The translations under genes and the position numbers were made by a program. Shown here in pieces: positions 39,677-52,361 of a stretch of DNA of 64,000 nucleotides; positions within the stretch are counted from its first letter, which is position 1; every line of letters starts with the position of its first letter. The notes below the pieces were generated by a model. It had not been told where the DNA came from and did not search any database. It was given only the letters and a program-made list of their open reading frames with translations. Source of the DNA: Schmidtea polychroa (taxonomy: Eukaryota); contig CM097885.1 in NCBI GenBank assembly GCA_044892525.1, positions 26,724,001 to 26,788,000 of the forward strand. Direction: 5' to 3'.

Positions 39677-40300
39677 TCAAAATACAAATAACGCCGTATT
39701 TGTATTTTTATAATTTTTGAAAATTTTATCTTGTTTAAATTTAATTGCTCTAAGTGTTTTTGATATTTTAACCTCTAATTTAATAAATAGTTGCAGAAGC
39801 CTCCAATGAAGAACGTAGTTCCTCTTGGGGCTGTGTGTAAGCAACAGCTTCTCAACTTTCGAACCGGGTACACACATCTTTTCAGCGACAATGGTAAGAT
39901 CATCCAGTTTATCGTGAATTGACGTCGGTATTTCTAAATCCACTTCTATGGTATAACCATAATCAAGCAGATCTAAATCTACCGCTGTGCACTCAACAAT
40001 TATATTATTTAATAAATTGTCATCTGTAACCCATTCAAAGTTATTGCATGGTAATGGTTGACTTAAAGCCCAACCATATAAATTATTTATATCTATGTAA
40101 AGCAATGCGATATCCGGGTCTGTTTTTACAATGTTTATTTACAAAAGTTAATCCGCCACGAATACCGCCCTCGAAAAAGTTATACATCTCCATATCGGTG
40201 AGGAGCTCAATTGGAGAGTTTAATGTTAATAATGCGGAATTCCAAGACATACCTGGAATTCCTAAGAAATTTAATGGCTCTAGCCGGTTATGAGCAATGG
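39677..40300 (-). pseudogene. Maverick/Polinton protein-primed family B DNA polymerase core fragment
   Basis: FLGIPGMSWNSALL, FFEGGIRGGLTFVNKH, LLYIDINNLYGWALSQPLP, GYTIEVDLEIP..IHDKL, NYVLHWRLLQ. Confidence 0.88.
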
Positions 40301-40309
40301 ACTTATCCT

Positions 40310-40775
40310 TCTTTTCAATTAATGATAAATTGATAGGTATGGCTCCTACTATCTTACTACTGTTTATTATATATTCATAACTGCGTCTTCATCAGAAATG
40401 TCTATCAAAGCCTTTTCGTTGTAAGTAAGAACATTAATACTATAATCGGGATATTGTTGTTCAAATTTACCTCTATTTGATAGTTTCATCGGCATATCAT
40501 TAGGATCAAATTTAATATCAGAAAGATCGTAGGAAATGGGACGATTTCTATATTGCCTATTTAAACTGTCATATTTAATAATTGACAAGAAACTATACAA
40601 GAAGCAGAAGTGGTCATTATTAACTACATTTATAAGACAGCTTAAGTTTCTTAGTGATTTTGGGGTTTCAATAAAACTTCTGCCACATTACTTTTGCCAC
40701 TTAACCGGCTTATTTCAGAAAATTTAGAAAAACAAAGCTTGTGTTATCGATTTTATTGCTAGTCCAATTACTACC
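40310..40775 (-). pseudogene. Second copy of the pPolB N-terminal segment (paralogous to ~38650-39060)
   Basis: High nucleotide similarity to 38780-39060. Confidence 0.8.
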
Positions 40776-40987
40776 TTATTATAATAATTATTATTACTAA
40801 TAGTACTATTAATATTAACAATTTCATCATCATTGATAACTTTTGATTTTTTAATTGGTATTAAATTTATTTTTTCTTATTTTTTCTTTGTTTCGTTTTA
40901 ATAAGATTATTTATTTGCTCATTTAATTTATTTACTTGGTCTTTTGAATTATTTATTTCGTTTACATCATTGTTATTATTATTATTG

Positions 40988-40989
<2 letters not shown>

Positions 40990-41060
<71 letters not shown>
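40990..41060. repeat. (TAT)n microsatellite
   Basis: Trinucleotide run. Confidence 0.95.
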
Positions 41061-41061
<1 letters not shown>

Positions 41062-41621
41062 AGCTAAAGAAAAGGTATTTCATAGAAGATTGAAATTGTT
41101 GGAGATGGGACCTATGCTTATTAAAAAATTCCTTATATGATATAACCTCAATAACTTCATATTTAGGGCATAGGATGTAGGTGACATCGTTATATCTAGG
41201 ACTATAATAGCTTTCCAGTATATTATCACAGTTTTTATGATATCGACTATTGCAAAAATTTGGTATTTCAAACCTATGAAAAAATAAACTTTATCATAAA
41301 ATGTTTAAAAATATTAATAACATTTTTATAAAATTATCGTTTTAAATATATTTATAAAGTTTAATATATTTTTCATAAGATATTATTCAAAATTATCTTT
41401 TTAAATAGTATCTTATAAAAAATATATTATAAAATAGATAATTTAATTCGTTTTCATAAATAAATCTTATTTTCATAAATAATACCATAAAATCTATTGA
41501 AATAATATGAACCAATCTTCAGTTTAAATAATTAAAATAAATTTTGATTAGAAATAATATACAAAATTTATTATTATTATTAATATTATTCTTTTCATAA
41601 TCTTCTTTTCATAAATATTAC

Positions 41622-41765
<144 letters not shown>

Positions 41766-42150
41766 TTAAAAACTTCAAAGCTTTGACAATAAAGAATAAA
41801 CTCTTACATTTTCGCCCTTTCGAAAGAAGAAATTTTCCAGCATCAGAACCAGCAGAAGTATTATTACGTTTCTATCTAAAAGCATATTAATAATAATACT
41901 ATGAGTAAATCAATATTTAGAATTTCTTCGTTAAATGATTTTACCTTGAATATTTTTGGCAGTACATTTGTGAGCAATACCCATAGGGATGACGTAACAT
42001 GTATTTGTTACGTCATCAATGACGTCGCGTATCTTTGCTCCCGGGTCCATACAATACCCTACTTTTGTATAATGCGTTAAAATTTTTTTTTGTTACTTAA
42101 TTTTATTTAATCATGTTTTCAATATTTTGTGTTATTTCAATTCGACTTTG

Positions 42151-42680
42151 TGCGTTATTAATGCTGTGTTGCGCGTTATCCCAGTCTTTCTAGTTTCTTA
42201 ATTATTTTTAATTAATTATTTGGCCTCTGGTTCAATACTAGCCACCACCGAAGCTATTGTTGTAGTATTTGTTCGTCTTTTCAATGTTTGCAACTGGTTC
42301 CAATTCCGACTATCAATATACTTCATTTTTTTATTAGTAAAATCAATCATAGTTAAAATTGGATTATTTATTAACATATTAATAAATAATTGTAAATTGA
42401 GGACTAATTTCATTTTATATGGTTATTATCAATATCAAAAAAGTTCATTTAACTCTAAAATTTACAAATTTGGAGAGATAGGCATAATAAAGTTATTTTA
42501 TGAATATTCAGTAATTTATCATAAAATACATTAGTAAAATGAAAATATGTGATGAATAATATAAAAGTAGTAAATTTAAGTAAAAATTATTAAAATTTTA
42601 AATTTTGAAAAATCATTCACCGAGACAATGGAAAACTTATTTTGCAACGATGATTAGGACTGGAGAAAGTTAATATATAA
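42151..42680. repeat. Uninterrupted copy of the 33678 segment
   Basis: Matches 33678-34073, then 37331-37400 and 37960-38035. Confidence 0.85.
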
Positions 42681-42709
42681 ATATATAAACATATACTTCC
42701 GATCACAAA

Positions 42710-43460
42710 AAAAACTTTTTATTCACGTGGATTGCCTTCACTTTGCTCATATCACCTACTTTATTAAAGTTATTTTTCCTACAATCTTGCCATCTTCATT
42801 TATGCAATTTTTGAGTTCTTAAAACTTCAGATTTTTTGTCCTTAATCTAAATTAATGTTCTGTGGTGTACAGCCTTCAAATTTAAAGCAGTTCCAAATAA
42901 GGGAATACCATCATTTCTTTTTTGAACAATCCATGCATGAGGGTAATCGTCAACATTTTGATTTTTTTTCGAGTTAAGACAATTGATTTCAGTTTTATCT
43001 CTTCTGTCATTCAAATCCTTACAGTTCCTTCAGAGATGTCGTATTCTCTTGTTATATTTGCTTTCGAAACTCCACTCCTTAATTTAACAATAATGTCACG
43101 GCTTTTCTGTGAAAACATCATAAATATTATAATTAAACATTAATCAAATATATGCAGGAACTCAATACATACACAATTACTCAATACGCAGTAACAATAC
43201 TTACCGATGTCACATGGATCTGTGCAAACGTGTTTGAACTTATTGCGAACATATCCCGCGTTATAACCAACTACGTGGTATAACGAATATACTACATATA
43301 TCGAGTTACGTGACACAACAATATGAAACTTGTACATTACACAACTTTTTCCTTGAATACTGAAGCTTTTGTCTACAGCAAAAATAACAAATAAAAATAT
43401 TTTACATTAATATTTATAACTGTACTCTGTTTGTTGTCAGTGTTCGGTTGTTTTAATAAT
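42710..43460 (-). pseudogene. pogo/Tigger-like (CENP-B HTH) transposase 5' remnant
   Basis: Minus strand KSRDIIVKLRSGVSKANITREYDISEGTVR and QKRNDGIPL.G..L.LKA; second copy at 63430-63985. Confidence 0.6.
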
Positions 43461-44044
43461 AGTTAATAGAACTTTCATAAAAATTTTATAATAAAAATAA
43501 TCGTTTTATTAGAATGATTTAGTCTGAATGTCGTTTATTCGTATTTTTGATGTCTTCAAACCAGTGCCCCTGTCTATGTTCAATTCAAGTACTTCGTTTC
43601 GAAACCTTTTGAAATGGTTTTTTAACAAAATATATTAATACAGTCTTCGTATTCAATTTCATTTTTAAAATTCCTCTGTGGATTAGGCTTTTGTGAATCG
43701 AATGAGTTATACATCTTTGAAATCCGTCGAGAAGACTAATAGGTAAATTAAAAAAGAACTTTTTTCCAGTTATGGTTTAGTTGGTGAGTGCCATTTTCCC
43801 ATATACACAATATACCATTAAAATTTAAAATACTTTAATATAAATACTAAATTGCTAACAGTTACTATATTTTTACAGTTATTAACCGATAATAGCCATG
43901 CATTTGTATTACATTGCCATTATATTACATTGTATTGTTATATTATATATAATATTATAAATATTTCAAGTTAATACAGATGAAACTTAGAAATGTGTAA
44001 TACCGAGTTTAAAACAGCTACGGTGAATGGCATGTTTTGTATTA

Positions 44045-44260
44045 CCGTATTTTAGCGCATATAACGCGCACGTTATACGCATTTTTACAAACCGTGCACC
44101 CCCCATGCGCGGTATCTGTGGGTGCGCGCTTTATGATTTATATTTTACACGTGGCGGCATTGCCAGTGGAAATATTTTTATGATGTGACAGTAACCCTAC
44201 CATCGGTTTTATTGTTTATTGTAATCAGATACCGTGCGCGTTATATGCGCTAAAATACGG
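44045..44260. mobile_element. TA-target MITE (Tc1/mariner/pogo type, 216 bp)
   Basis: Perfect 28-bp TIR CCGTATTTTAGCGCATATAACGCGCACG with TA on both sides. Confidence 0.93.
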
Positions 44261-44699
44261 TACATGAGTTTAATTTATCATAATATCAAAATATTTAAAA
44301 CAGAAAATATTAAATAAAACCAAATGGGCCTAAGCTGAGAATTTTAAAAATAAAATTATTGATCATGACTATATTAAAATATTAATCAAGGTTAAAATGG
44401 TTAAGAACTTAATAAAATAGGCTTTAAATAAATATAAATAAATTATGGTTTTAATATTTAATTTCTAATGTAAAGTAAGGAATTCCTTACAGCGATATGA
44501 TGTCTCCTTTCGAAATTTTTTCTAAGAACATTGTTTTCATGATTAACTCTTGATATAATGGTAGCCGATCGCATATTTCTTGGTCCACCATGTAACGGCT
44601 TATAAACTTTGTTGGGTAGTCGACTAGGTCAACAAACGTTCACTCGTTACCAGGGGATGACGGTCAAATCAAAAAAAAACAAACATACACCATTAGTCG

Positions 44700-45294
44700 A
44701 CTGTTAATCAAGAACCCACATGACTATTTTCTCACCATGACACCCATGATTTGCATCATGTTGGTGCTGTGCCATAATGGCGGAATAAGATGAAGCAGGT
44801 GAGCCCCTGCCTTGGGACTACTCCTTCACCCTATCTCGACTTCTCCGTTTCCTGACGGACGATAGAAGGACTTACGTCTTGTTCATTATTCGAATCAAGG
44901 TTATTTGGCTTCATTATTAATTACCCATTCACTTTTACTCGGTTTAACAACACTACAGAAAAACTTCGGAAAAACAGAACTACCACCTCTGCGTAACTGT
45001 TAATCAAGAACCCACATGACTATTTTCTCACCATGACGCCCATGATTTGCATCATGTTGGTGCTGTGCCATAATGGCGGAATAAGATGAAGCAGGTGAGC
45101 CCCTGCCTTGGGACTACTCCTTCACCCTATCTCGACTTCTCCGTTTCCTGACGGACGATAGAAGGACTTACGTCTTGTTCATTATTCGAATCAAAGTTAT
45201 TTGGCTTCATTATTAATTACCCATTCACTTTTACTCGGTTTAACAACACTACAGAAAAACTTCGGAAAAACAGAACTACCACCTCTGCGTAACT
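44700..45294 (-). ncRNA. Tandem 296-bp duplication carrying two divergent-subfamily copies (G, H) of the structured module
   Basis: Units at 44700 and 44996, two differences seen. Minus strand has CCTTCTATCG, AGTCCC..GGGGCT-CAC and ATGGCAC-AGCACCAA-CATGA..TCATG-G-GTGTCAT. Confidence 0.7.
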
Positions 45295-45449
45295 CAACAT
45301 TTATTCGAACACATTTAATAGCATAGCCCATCACATAACACACAAGTACGCCTCATAGGTCACTGCAATACATCGGACTTATGCGAAGAAAATTCCGTAA
45401 CAGTTAGCTCATTCGTTCGACATCAACAGTTCAGATTTCATACGTATTA

Positions 45450-46165
45450 TCACAAAGTCGATGGGGAAGCTTCTGCGAAAATCGTGTCGAGGTCGAAGAA
45501 GTCTCTCGCATTCTCTTCCCTGTCAGTACTGGATGACGGAATTAGACGAAACGGAAACTGCGATAACGCTGTTATTTCGGTGGGCGCCTGTTGATGCATC
45601 AGAATGGCTTCGGCTACTAGTTTCGTTTCTCGCTCAGCTTGAAGCAACTTTTGTTTTTTATTCCGTTCGGCCCGCGTTGGTTGGCGGCGCTTAAGAGTCT
45701 TCTTTAGTACCGGAGAAGGGACCGGATTTAAGGGTACACTTGGCTGACACATGTGATGCGAACGTCAGATATCGTGGGAGATAAGAGCTCGTTCACGCAA
45801 CTCCTACAGACTTTATCTTCAGATTGAATTGGGTTCGCTGGCTGGTGATTCTTCCGAGATTGGTATAGAGGCGATCTTTTTCGTGATCGTTGCCTGCACG
45901 TAGACCTTGTTTGCTCCTTGACCAGCAGTCGCAACGACCGGCTCTCTTCAATCAGACTATCGCGACAGTGCTCGGTTCGCGACAACTTCATCCGCATTCC
46001 CTTTATTTGTGCGGGCGTGAAATACGTTCCTTCTAGGTGATCAACTTTCTTTAGCAAACCGATTTGGGTTTGTAGGGTCTTGATTATTGAATTCTTGTCA
46101 GCGCACGAGAAGCATGACGAGAAGCATGGCCGAAGAGGTGTCGCAGCTGTTGGGTTCTTTGACAT
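45450..46165 (-). pseudogene. Distant homologue of the coiled-coil/basic ORF (two overlapping frames)
   Basis: LKKVDHLEGTYFTPAQIKGMRMKL versus LKGKCREFEGTWFSPEAMKKKTAQI; basic KRRQPTRAERNKKQKL versus KRKRLGRNIREKLKKARL. Lies 5' of the RNA module on the same strand. Confidence 0.55.
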
Positions 46166-47698
46166 TTCTTAAGTGAACAAGTAGGGATGGTAAATTTATG
46201 CAACAAAATTATATGTAGTAAAGTTCTATAATAATCGTTTTCCATGATCGTTGATAACAAAGAAAATGAATTCCCCATACATTCGCACCGGAGGGATCTC
46301 GCATTGTTGATGATGCTAGGCTCATTAACCAAAACAAAATCATATTTTAATTTGCCAGTTTAGGAAATGTTTAAACGAATTATATGATTGACCATGCATA
46401 AAATATTTAAATAATTCATCTAATCTACCATTCTTAAAATATTTAAATAAATTATGCAATTCAATCATTCTGAAAAATATTCAAATAAAATTCAATCATT
46501 CTTCAATCATATTCAAATCATATTCAATCATATTCAAATAAATTATATAATCCAATCATTTAAATGAATCTCATATTTCAATCATTTACGAAACGTTTAA
46601 ATAAGTTATATAATTTTAACCTATTCGCAAACCTTTAACTAAATTATACCATCACAACCACCCCTAAATCATTTGAAGGCATTACATCATCGTAACTATA
46701 CACAAACTATTTACACGAACTACACAATCTCAACCACTCATAAACGATTTAGAGAGATTATATAAGGTGAACTATTCCCCGAAAATACCTTGAACTCTGA
46801 AAATCATTTTCTTTATTCACGTACTGAAGACCATAAAAACTATACTGAAAACTACCATCTCTCTAATGGAAACAGACATTTTGAAAAAGCTTCCTATAAA
46901 GATCGATTAATGAATAATATGAAGACATTAATGAAGACGACTTTCAAATATGGTGAAAATTATAATAATTCTAAATCTAATAATAATTATAAAGTTTAAT
47001 AATTTAAATATTGAAAAAGAATATATTTATGATGAAAATTTTAATATTATAAATGAAAAGAATAAAATAAACCTCGAAAATAATTTTTCCCAAATAGAAT
47101 ATGAATTCAGTAAATTCAAGGAAAATATTATTAAAAATTATAATAAAATCAAAAACTTGTTTAAATCTCCTTTTTTTAAATCACAAAGGAAAAAATTTCT
47201 ATAATAAATCAAACATGCAAACAATCGATAAAATACACTATCTTAGAAAGATAAGCCCATTTTTAAGATAATAAAATTATTGCTAAAATTCATTATTTAT
47301 AATTATTTAATAAATTTCAAAATTAAAAATAACTTACATTTTTTGAAATAATTTTGCCATTAAAATCCACATAAATAATATAAAATCTGGACAATAATTT
47401 GTAGAATTATTACTATTCTATTTTATGCAATTCTTACCAACAAACTGTATAAAACTTTAATCAAAATCAAAAAGGTGTAATAATTTTTTATTGTTTTTAA
47501 TATTTAACTTAGCTCGTAAATATTTAAATATGAATTTAGGATTCTAACTACGATTTATAATTTATGGTTCATTTATAAAATTCATCTGTAGAGTGGGTTG
47601 TTGTGAATCGAATGAGCTATAAATCTTTGAAATTCGTCGAGAAAATTAATATAAAATTTAAAATGGACTTATTTTCCGGTTACGGTTTAAGCAATAAG

Positions 47699-48965
47699 CA
47701 TCATGTTGGACTAGAACTGATATCTAGACCCAAAAAGCTCGTATATCTGACAAAATGTGGTGGTACACAATATGCACACCTAGCAATAAGTTTAGTTAAA
47801 TAGCAAACATAAAGCACCAAACATAATATCTAAATACATAAATTTAAAATTTAAAATAAATTATCTAGTAAACTGGTGAAATGATAAAAAGTAGAATAAA
47901 AGTAGTGAAATTAGATAAATTATAAAAATTTATAAAATCAAATTTAAGTTAAATCAATGAAACTAAAATAAAATAAACTAAACTTATTTAAATAGAACTT
48001 GTAAAACTAAATTAAAATTAGCAAAAACTATTTAAATTATAGAATTATAAAAATAAATCTTAAAAATTAATAAAAAATAGAATTTTGATTAATTAAATTA
48101 ATTAAATTAAAAAATAAACAATTGCACACATTCATGCATGCATGCAAAAATTAATCAGAATTGTCTCGCATTCTAATACACCAAACACTCACCAAGTTAT
48201 TTACCAATTGTAATTGGTTGTAAATCATCATCATCATAAAGCATCAATTTATCATCAACAAGTAATTGCATCATGTTGGGCTAGAACTGATATCTAGACC
48301 CAAAAAAGCTCGTAAATGTGACAAAATGTGGTAGTACACAATATGCACACCTAGCAATAAGTTTAGTTAAATAGCAAACATAAAGCACCAAACATAATAT
48401 CTAAATACATAAATTTAAAATTTAAAATAAATTATCTAGTAAACTGGTGAAATGATAAAAAGTAGAATAAAAGTAGTGAAATTAGATAAATTATAAAAAT
48501 TTATAAAATCAAATTTAAGTTAAATCAATGAAACTAAAATAAAATAAACTAAACTTATTTAAATAGAACTTGTAAAACTAAATTAAAATTAGCAAAAACT
48601 ATTTAAATTATAGAATTATAAAAATAAATCTTAAAAATTAATAAAAAATAGAATTTTGATTAATTAAATTAATTAAATTAAAAAATAAACAATTGCACAC
48701 ATTCATGCATGCATGCAAAAATTAATCAGAATTGTCTCGCATTCTAATACACCAAACACTCACCAAGTTATTTACCAATTGTAATTGGTTGTAAATCATC
48801 ATCATCATAAAGCATCAATTTATCATCAACAAGTAATTGCATCATGTTGGGCTAGAACTGATATCTAGACCCAAAAAAGCTCGTAAATGTGACAAAATGT
48901 GGTAGTACACAACATGCACACCTAGCAATAAGTTTAGTTAAATAGCAAATATAAAGCACCAAATA
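47699..48965 (+). repeat. Tandem ~570-bp repeat (2 units plus a partial), each starting at an LTR-like TGTTGG(G/A)CTAGAACTGA end
   Basis: Unit starts at 47704, 48274 and 48845; units near-identical. Confidence 0.92.
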
Positions 48966-49440
48966 AACAATAATAGTTAGGAGAAACTAACAAAAAATAA
49001 AAACATGGAAATTAAAATAAAATCTAACAAATGCAAGAAAATTGACTCAAACAACAGAGAAACATAAAAATACAAAAAAAACAGACTTGAATAAAGTCAA
49101 AAGATAGTAGAAATGCTAAATTCTAGATAAAATTCCAGAACAATTCATAAAAATGGCGAAATCCATCATGTAAGCCATGAAAATCAACTAAAGTTAATGA
49201 AAATAAATAAATTAATTGTAAAAATAAAAATCCAGAAATAGAATTCAGAAAAAACAACATTAAAATAAAAATTAACTTTAATTTAATATGGAATGTTCTC
49301 GAAATGCCCAAATCCATCATGGAGTCAAATTTAACAAAAAATAATTAAAAAATAAAAATTATGGCACTAAAATTGCCATTAAAATCCTTAAAAGGGTAAA
49401 ATAGAATATTCTAAAATTAACAAAAATAATTAAACTTCAT

Positions 49441-49677
49441 CAACAATTATTCATTTATACAAATATAACAGATCCTATTATTGTCGGTGATTCAAATGTT
49501 CCCCTATTGAAATCTGTATGGATTGAAAAATATGAACAGGATGAAGTTGTGCAAATTCAAATTGAAAATCCATGTATTTAACTACTTCAACCTCATGTAT
49601 AAACAATATAGAAATAAATATACGCGATGATACAAAAGATACAAAAACTCATCTAACTCTACATTTTCGAAAAATAG
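49441..49677 (+). pseudogene. Maverick minor capsid (penton) C-terminal fragment
   Basis: QLFIYTNITDPIIVGDSNVPLLKSV..ENP..INNIEINIRDD..THLTLHFRK, frameshifted. Confidence 0.75.
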
Positions 49678-49688
49678 CGATTATTAGT

Positions 49689-49898
49689 ATGTAAAGTGGT
49701 AGTCAAACAGGTGGAGATTTACCATATTTTATCGGGAAACAGTATGGATCTGGCTGGTTGCGAACCATTGGTAGATTTGCACTTCCAATTCTTAAACGTC
49801 TTGGTAGTTTTGGAATGAAAACTGCTAAAGATGTGATAATGAATGATCAAAAAATGACTGATTTCTGAAAACAAATGCCATGGCTGAAATAGGGAAAT
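49689..49898 (+). pseudogene. Maverick small core/cleaved virion protein fragment
   Basis: SQTGGDLPYFIGKQYGSGWLRTIGRFALPILKRLG: QxGG/QxGxG protease-site-like motifs plus an amphipathic helix, directly after the penton fragment. Confidence 0.68.
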
Positions 49899-51800
49899 TA
49901 TTCACAAATGTGAGACCACCACGTATACCACCATTGAAAAAATTGTTTATTTCGATGTCGACTAAAAGCTCTATGGGTTCCCTTAACGTCATGAGTGCCG
50001 ATGCCCAACTCATTCCGGGAATACCAAAGAAATTTAGTGGCTTCAATTTATTGTGCGCTATTGATCTTGCTCGAAACTGCTGGAGTACATCGGCCAGTAA
50101 ATACACGTCCAGCTTTAAATATATTTTCATGTAATCCAGTAAATTTTGACAACCGGTTTCTTCCCAAATTTTCATCTGCTTTCTGATATTCTTCTTGTGT
50201 TACTTTTTCCAAAATCGGTGGCAATTCCGTCGTGTTTTCCAAAATTTCGCTTTAGCTTTTCGCATGATTATAAGGGAAAATCCCTTTTGTTTCTACCAAT
50301 GTTCCACCAAATACTGAACGAGTTAACGGTAATCCACTCAATGTCTTAACCGCCTTTGCCAACGAATCATTGACAAACTGCAAACTGTCAATGAAACGCA
50401 CGGTTAAGTTTTTTATTCTCACCATCAATGATAAAAAATTTTCCGTTGGAATACAATTTAAAGACCAATGTGTAAATTCATTGAGCCCGTATTTCAAAAT
50501 ATGGTGTAAGTCATATCCTTTCAGATTATGAAATACTACCAGTAATAAATATCTTATTTGTCTTGATAAATTGCAGTAAAATGGTCATGATCTCTGATTA
50601 AATATCTTTTATTGCACAGATAACACACTCGCGCCCTATTATATTCGATCAGTTCAGCTGCTGACATTATCATTGTTTTCCTTGCGTTTCTATAATAGTA
50701 TGGCAAAACTACTTGCTGCCCCAGTTGTTCGATTTTTGCCAAAAACTCCACAATACACTGATGAATTGATGATATTGACTCCCAAGTGAAATAATTTATC
50801 AAAAACAGCCCCGCTGCTATTGGTAAATGAATTCGGCGTAAATAACGTATGGTTGAGTGACTGTTTTGGATCAATCACTAAATACCAAATCTTTATTTTG
50901 AGGCATCGTGTACATTGTAGTACCGAGCATATTTTTGCTGCAAATTGCTTTGTGTTTTTTTAAAAGTCATATCTTTTCTAAATCCATTCAGACATGTTTC
51001 GCACCATTTGGACTGAATCCGAACTGGGCAATCTTCGCTCTCATAACAATTCATTAACCACTGCAGATTAGTAACAGCAGTATAATGAAACTTTTCACCT
51101 TCTTCCAACATTAGCAAATAGATCGGTGCTACGCCCTCTACTTTAGTTCGATGTATTATATCCAAATTCGGATGTTAAGAAACGGTTTCCTCATGATTTT
51201 CATCGATGTTCAAAACATTTGTGCAATTTTAACTGAAAACATTGATTGCCAGTCCTGGATTAATTCGCTCGAGTTTCCTTATGTTAGATAACTGCATAGG
51301 AAAATCTTCCTCGTCATACAGCAGTTGATCCATATAATCTGCATAATTCTCAACTCGTTGCCTATTTGTTTGAATTACATCCAAATGTTTAATACAAAGT
51401 ATGCTATAAAGAATGCATAAATTATCTGTTTTTTTAATATTAACTATGTCATGCTTATTAGCTAAAGTCTCTGGTGTCTTCAAGTGTCTATGTCCGCTTA
51501 GTCTACTTATTGGATGATATTTTGTGACAGTGAAAATTATTTCTAACACTTTGTTCACAGTCCAACTGCTTCCCTCAACAGTTCGAACATTTATTTTTTC
51601 GTATAATTTTTTAATAGTTAGCTCAAGAAATGTTTATGAATATTCCGTTGCTTTATTTGAAATCCACGCAGTTTTTGTGCCCCCATCTTTAATAAATTCC
51701 ATATTAACTCCAAATTGAATTTTTGCGTGACCGAGTTTGTTTAAAGCATTTCTCAATGCAAGTAAAATAGGAACTGATAATTCAATGCCTTTTCATATTA
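49899..51800 (-). pseudogene. Maverick/Polinton pPolB (N-terminal, EndoVII-like, exonuclease, start of polymerase), decayed
   Basis: EGSSWTV, DNLCILYSIL, WCETCLNGF, CYLC..RDHDHFT, VVFHNLKGYDLH, RFIDSLQF, KGIFPY, YLKLDVYLLADV, GGIRGGLTFVN. Confidence 0.9.
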
Positions 51801-51944
51801 TATCTTTCAATGTTTAATTTTATTACTCTGTGACCGATTCAAATCATCTTCGATCACTTGATATTTATTACGAGTCATGAAAGAACCCAGAAAATTCAAC
51901 TATGCCTGTTTGCTATACATTAATTGTATACATGATTGTTATTT

Positions 51945-52361
51945 TTAATGAAATATAATTTGCCTTTCACCATCTTCTCCATGGTCTTCCTCACGATCTT
52001 CTCCACCATCTTCTGGCCCATCTTCAGCTCCATCTTCACGGTCTTCCTCATGATCTTCAGCTCCATCTTGAACATTTTCATCGTCATCAGAAATTGTTAT
52101 AACCTCAGTAATTACTATAGGTTCTGGTGCAATAATTTCAGTTTCCTCAGAATTTGTTATAATTTCTTGATCGGAATTAACTGTTTCATTAAATGTTTTT
52201 ATTAATGTTGAAAAAATTTCTTTTTTATTGCTTTTAAAATAGAACAAATGATTTTTATATTGATTATAAAAATCAATATATTCGTTTAAGTTTAGTGTCA
52301 TGCATATGGGACATGTGTAATATTTTTTATTATAGTAAGTTTTACTATAATAATTATCCAT
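51945..52361 (-). CDS. Hypothetical protein with CxxC and acidic repeats, probably a Maverick accessory gene
   Basis: 138-aa ORF (YTCPIC; EDGAEDHEEDREDGAEDGPED) immediately upstream of pPolB on the same strand. Confidence 0.4.
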   Translation of the reverse strand: MDNYYSKTYYNKKYYTCPICMTLNLNEYIDFYNQYKNHLFYFKSNKKEIFSTLIKTFNETVNSDQEIITNSEETEIIAPEPIVITEVITISDDDENVQDGAEDHEEDREDGAEDGPEDGGEDREEDHGEDGERQIIFH

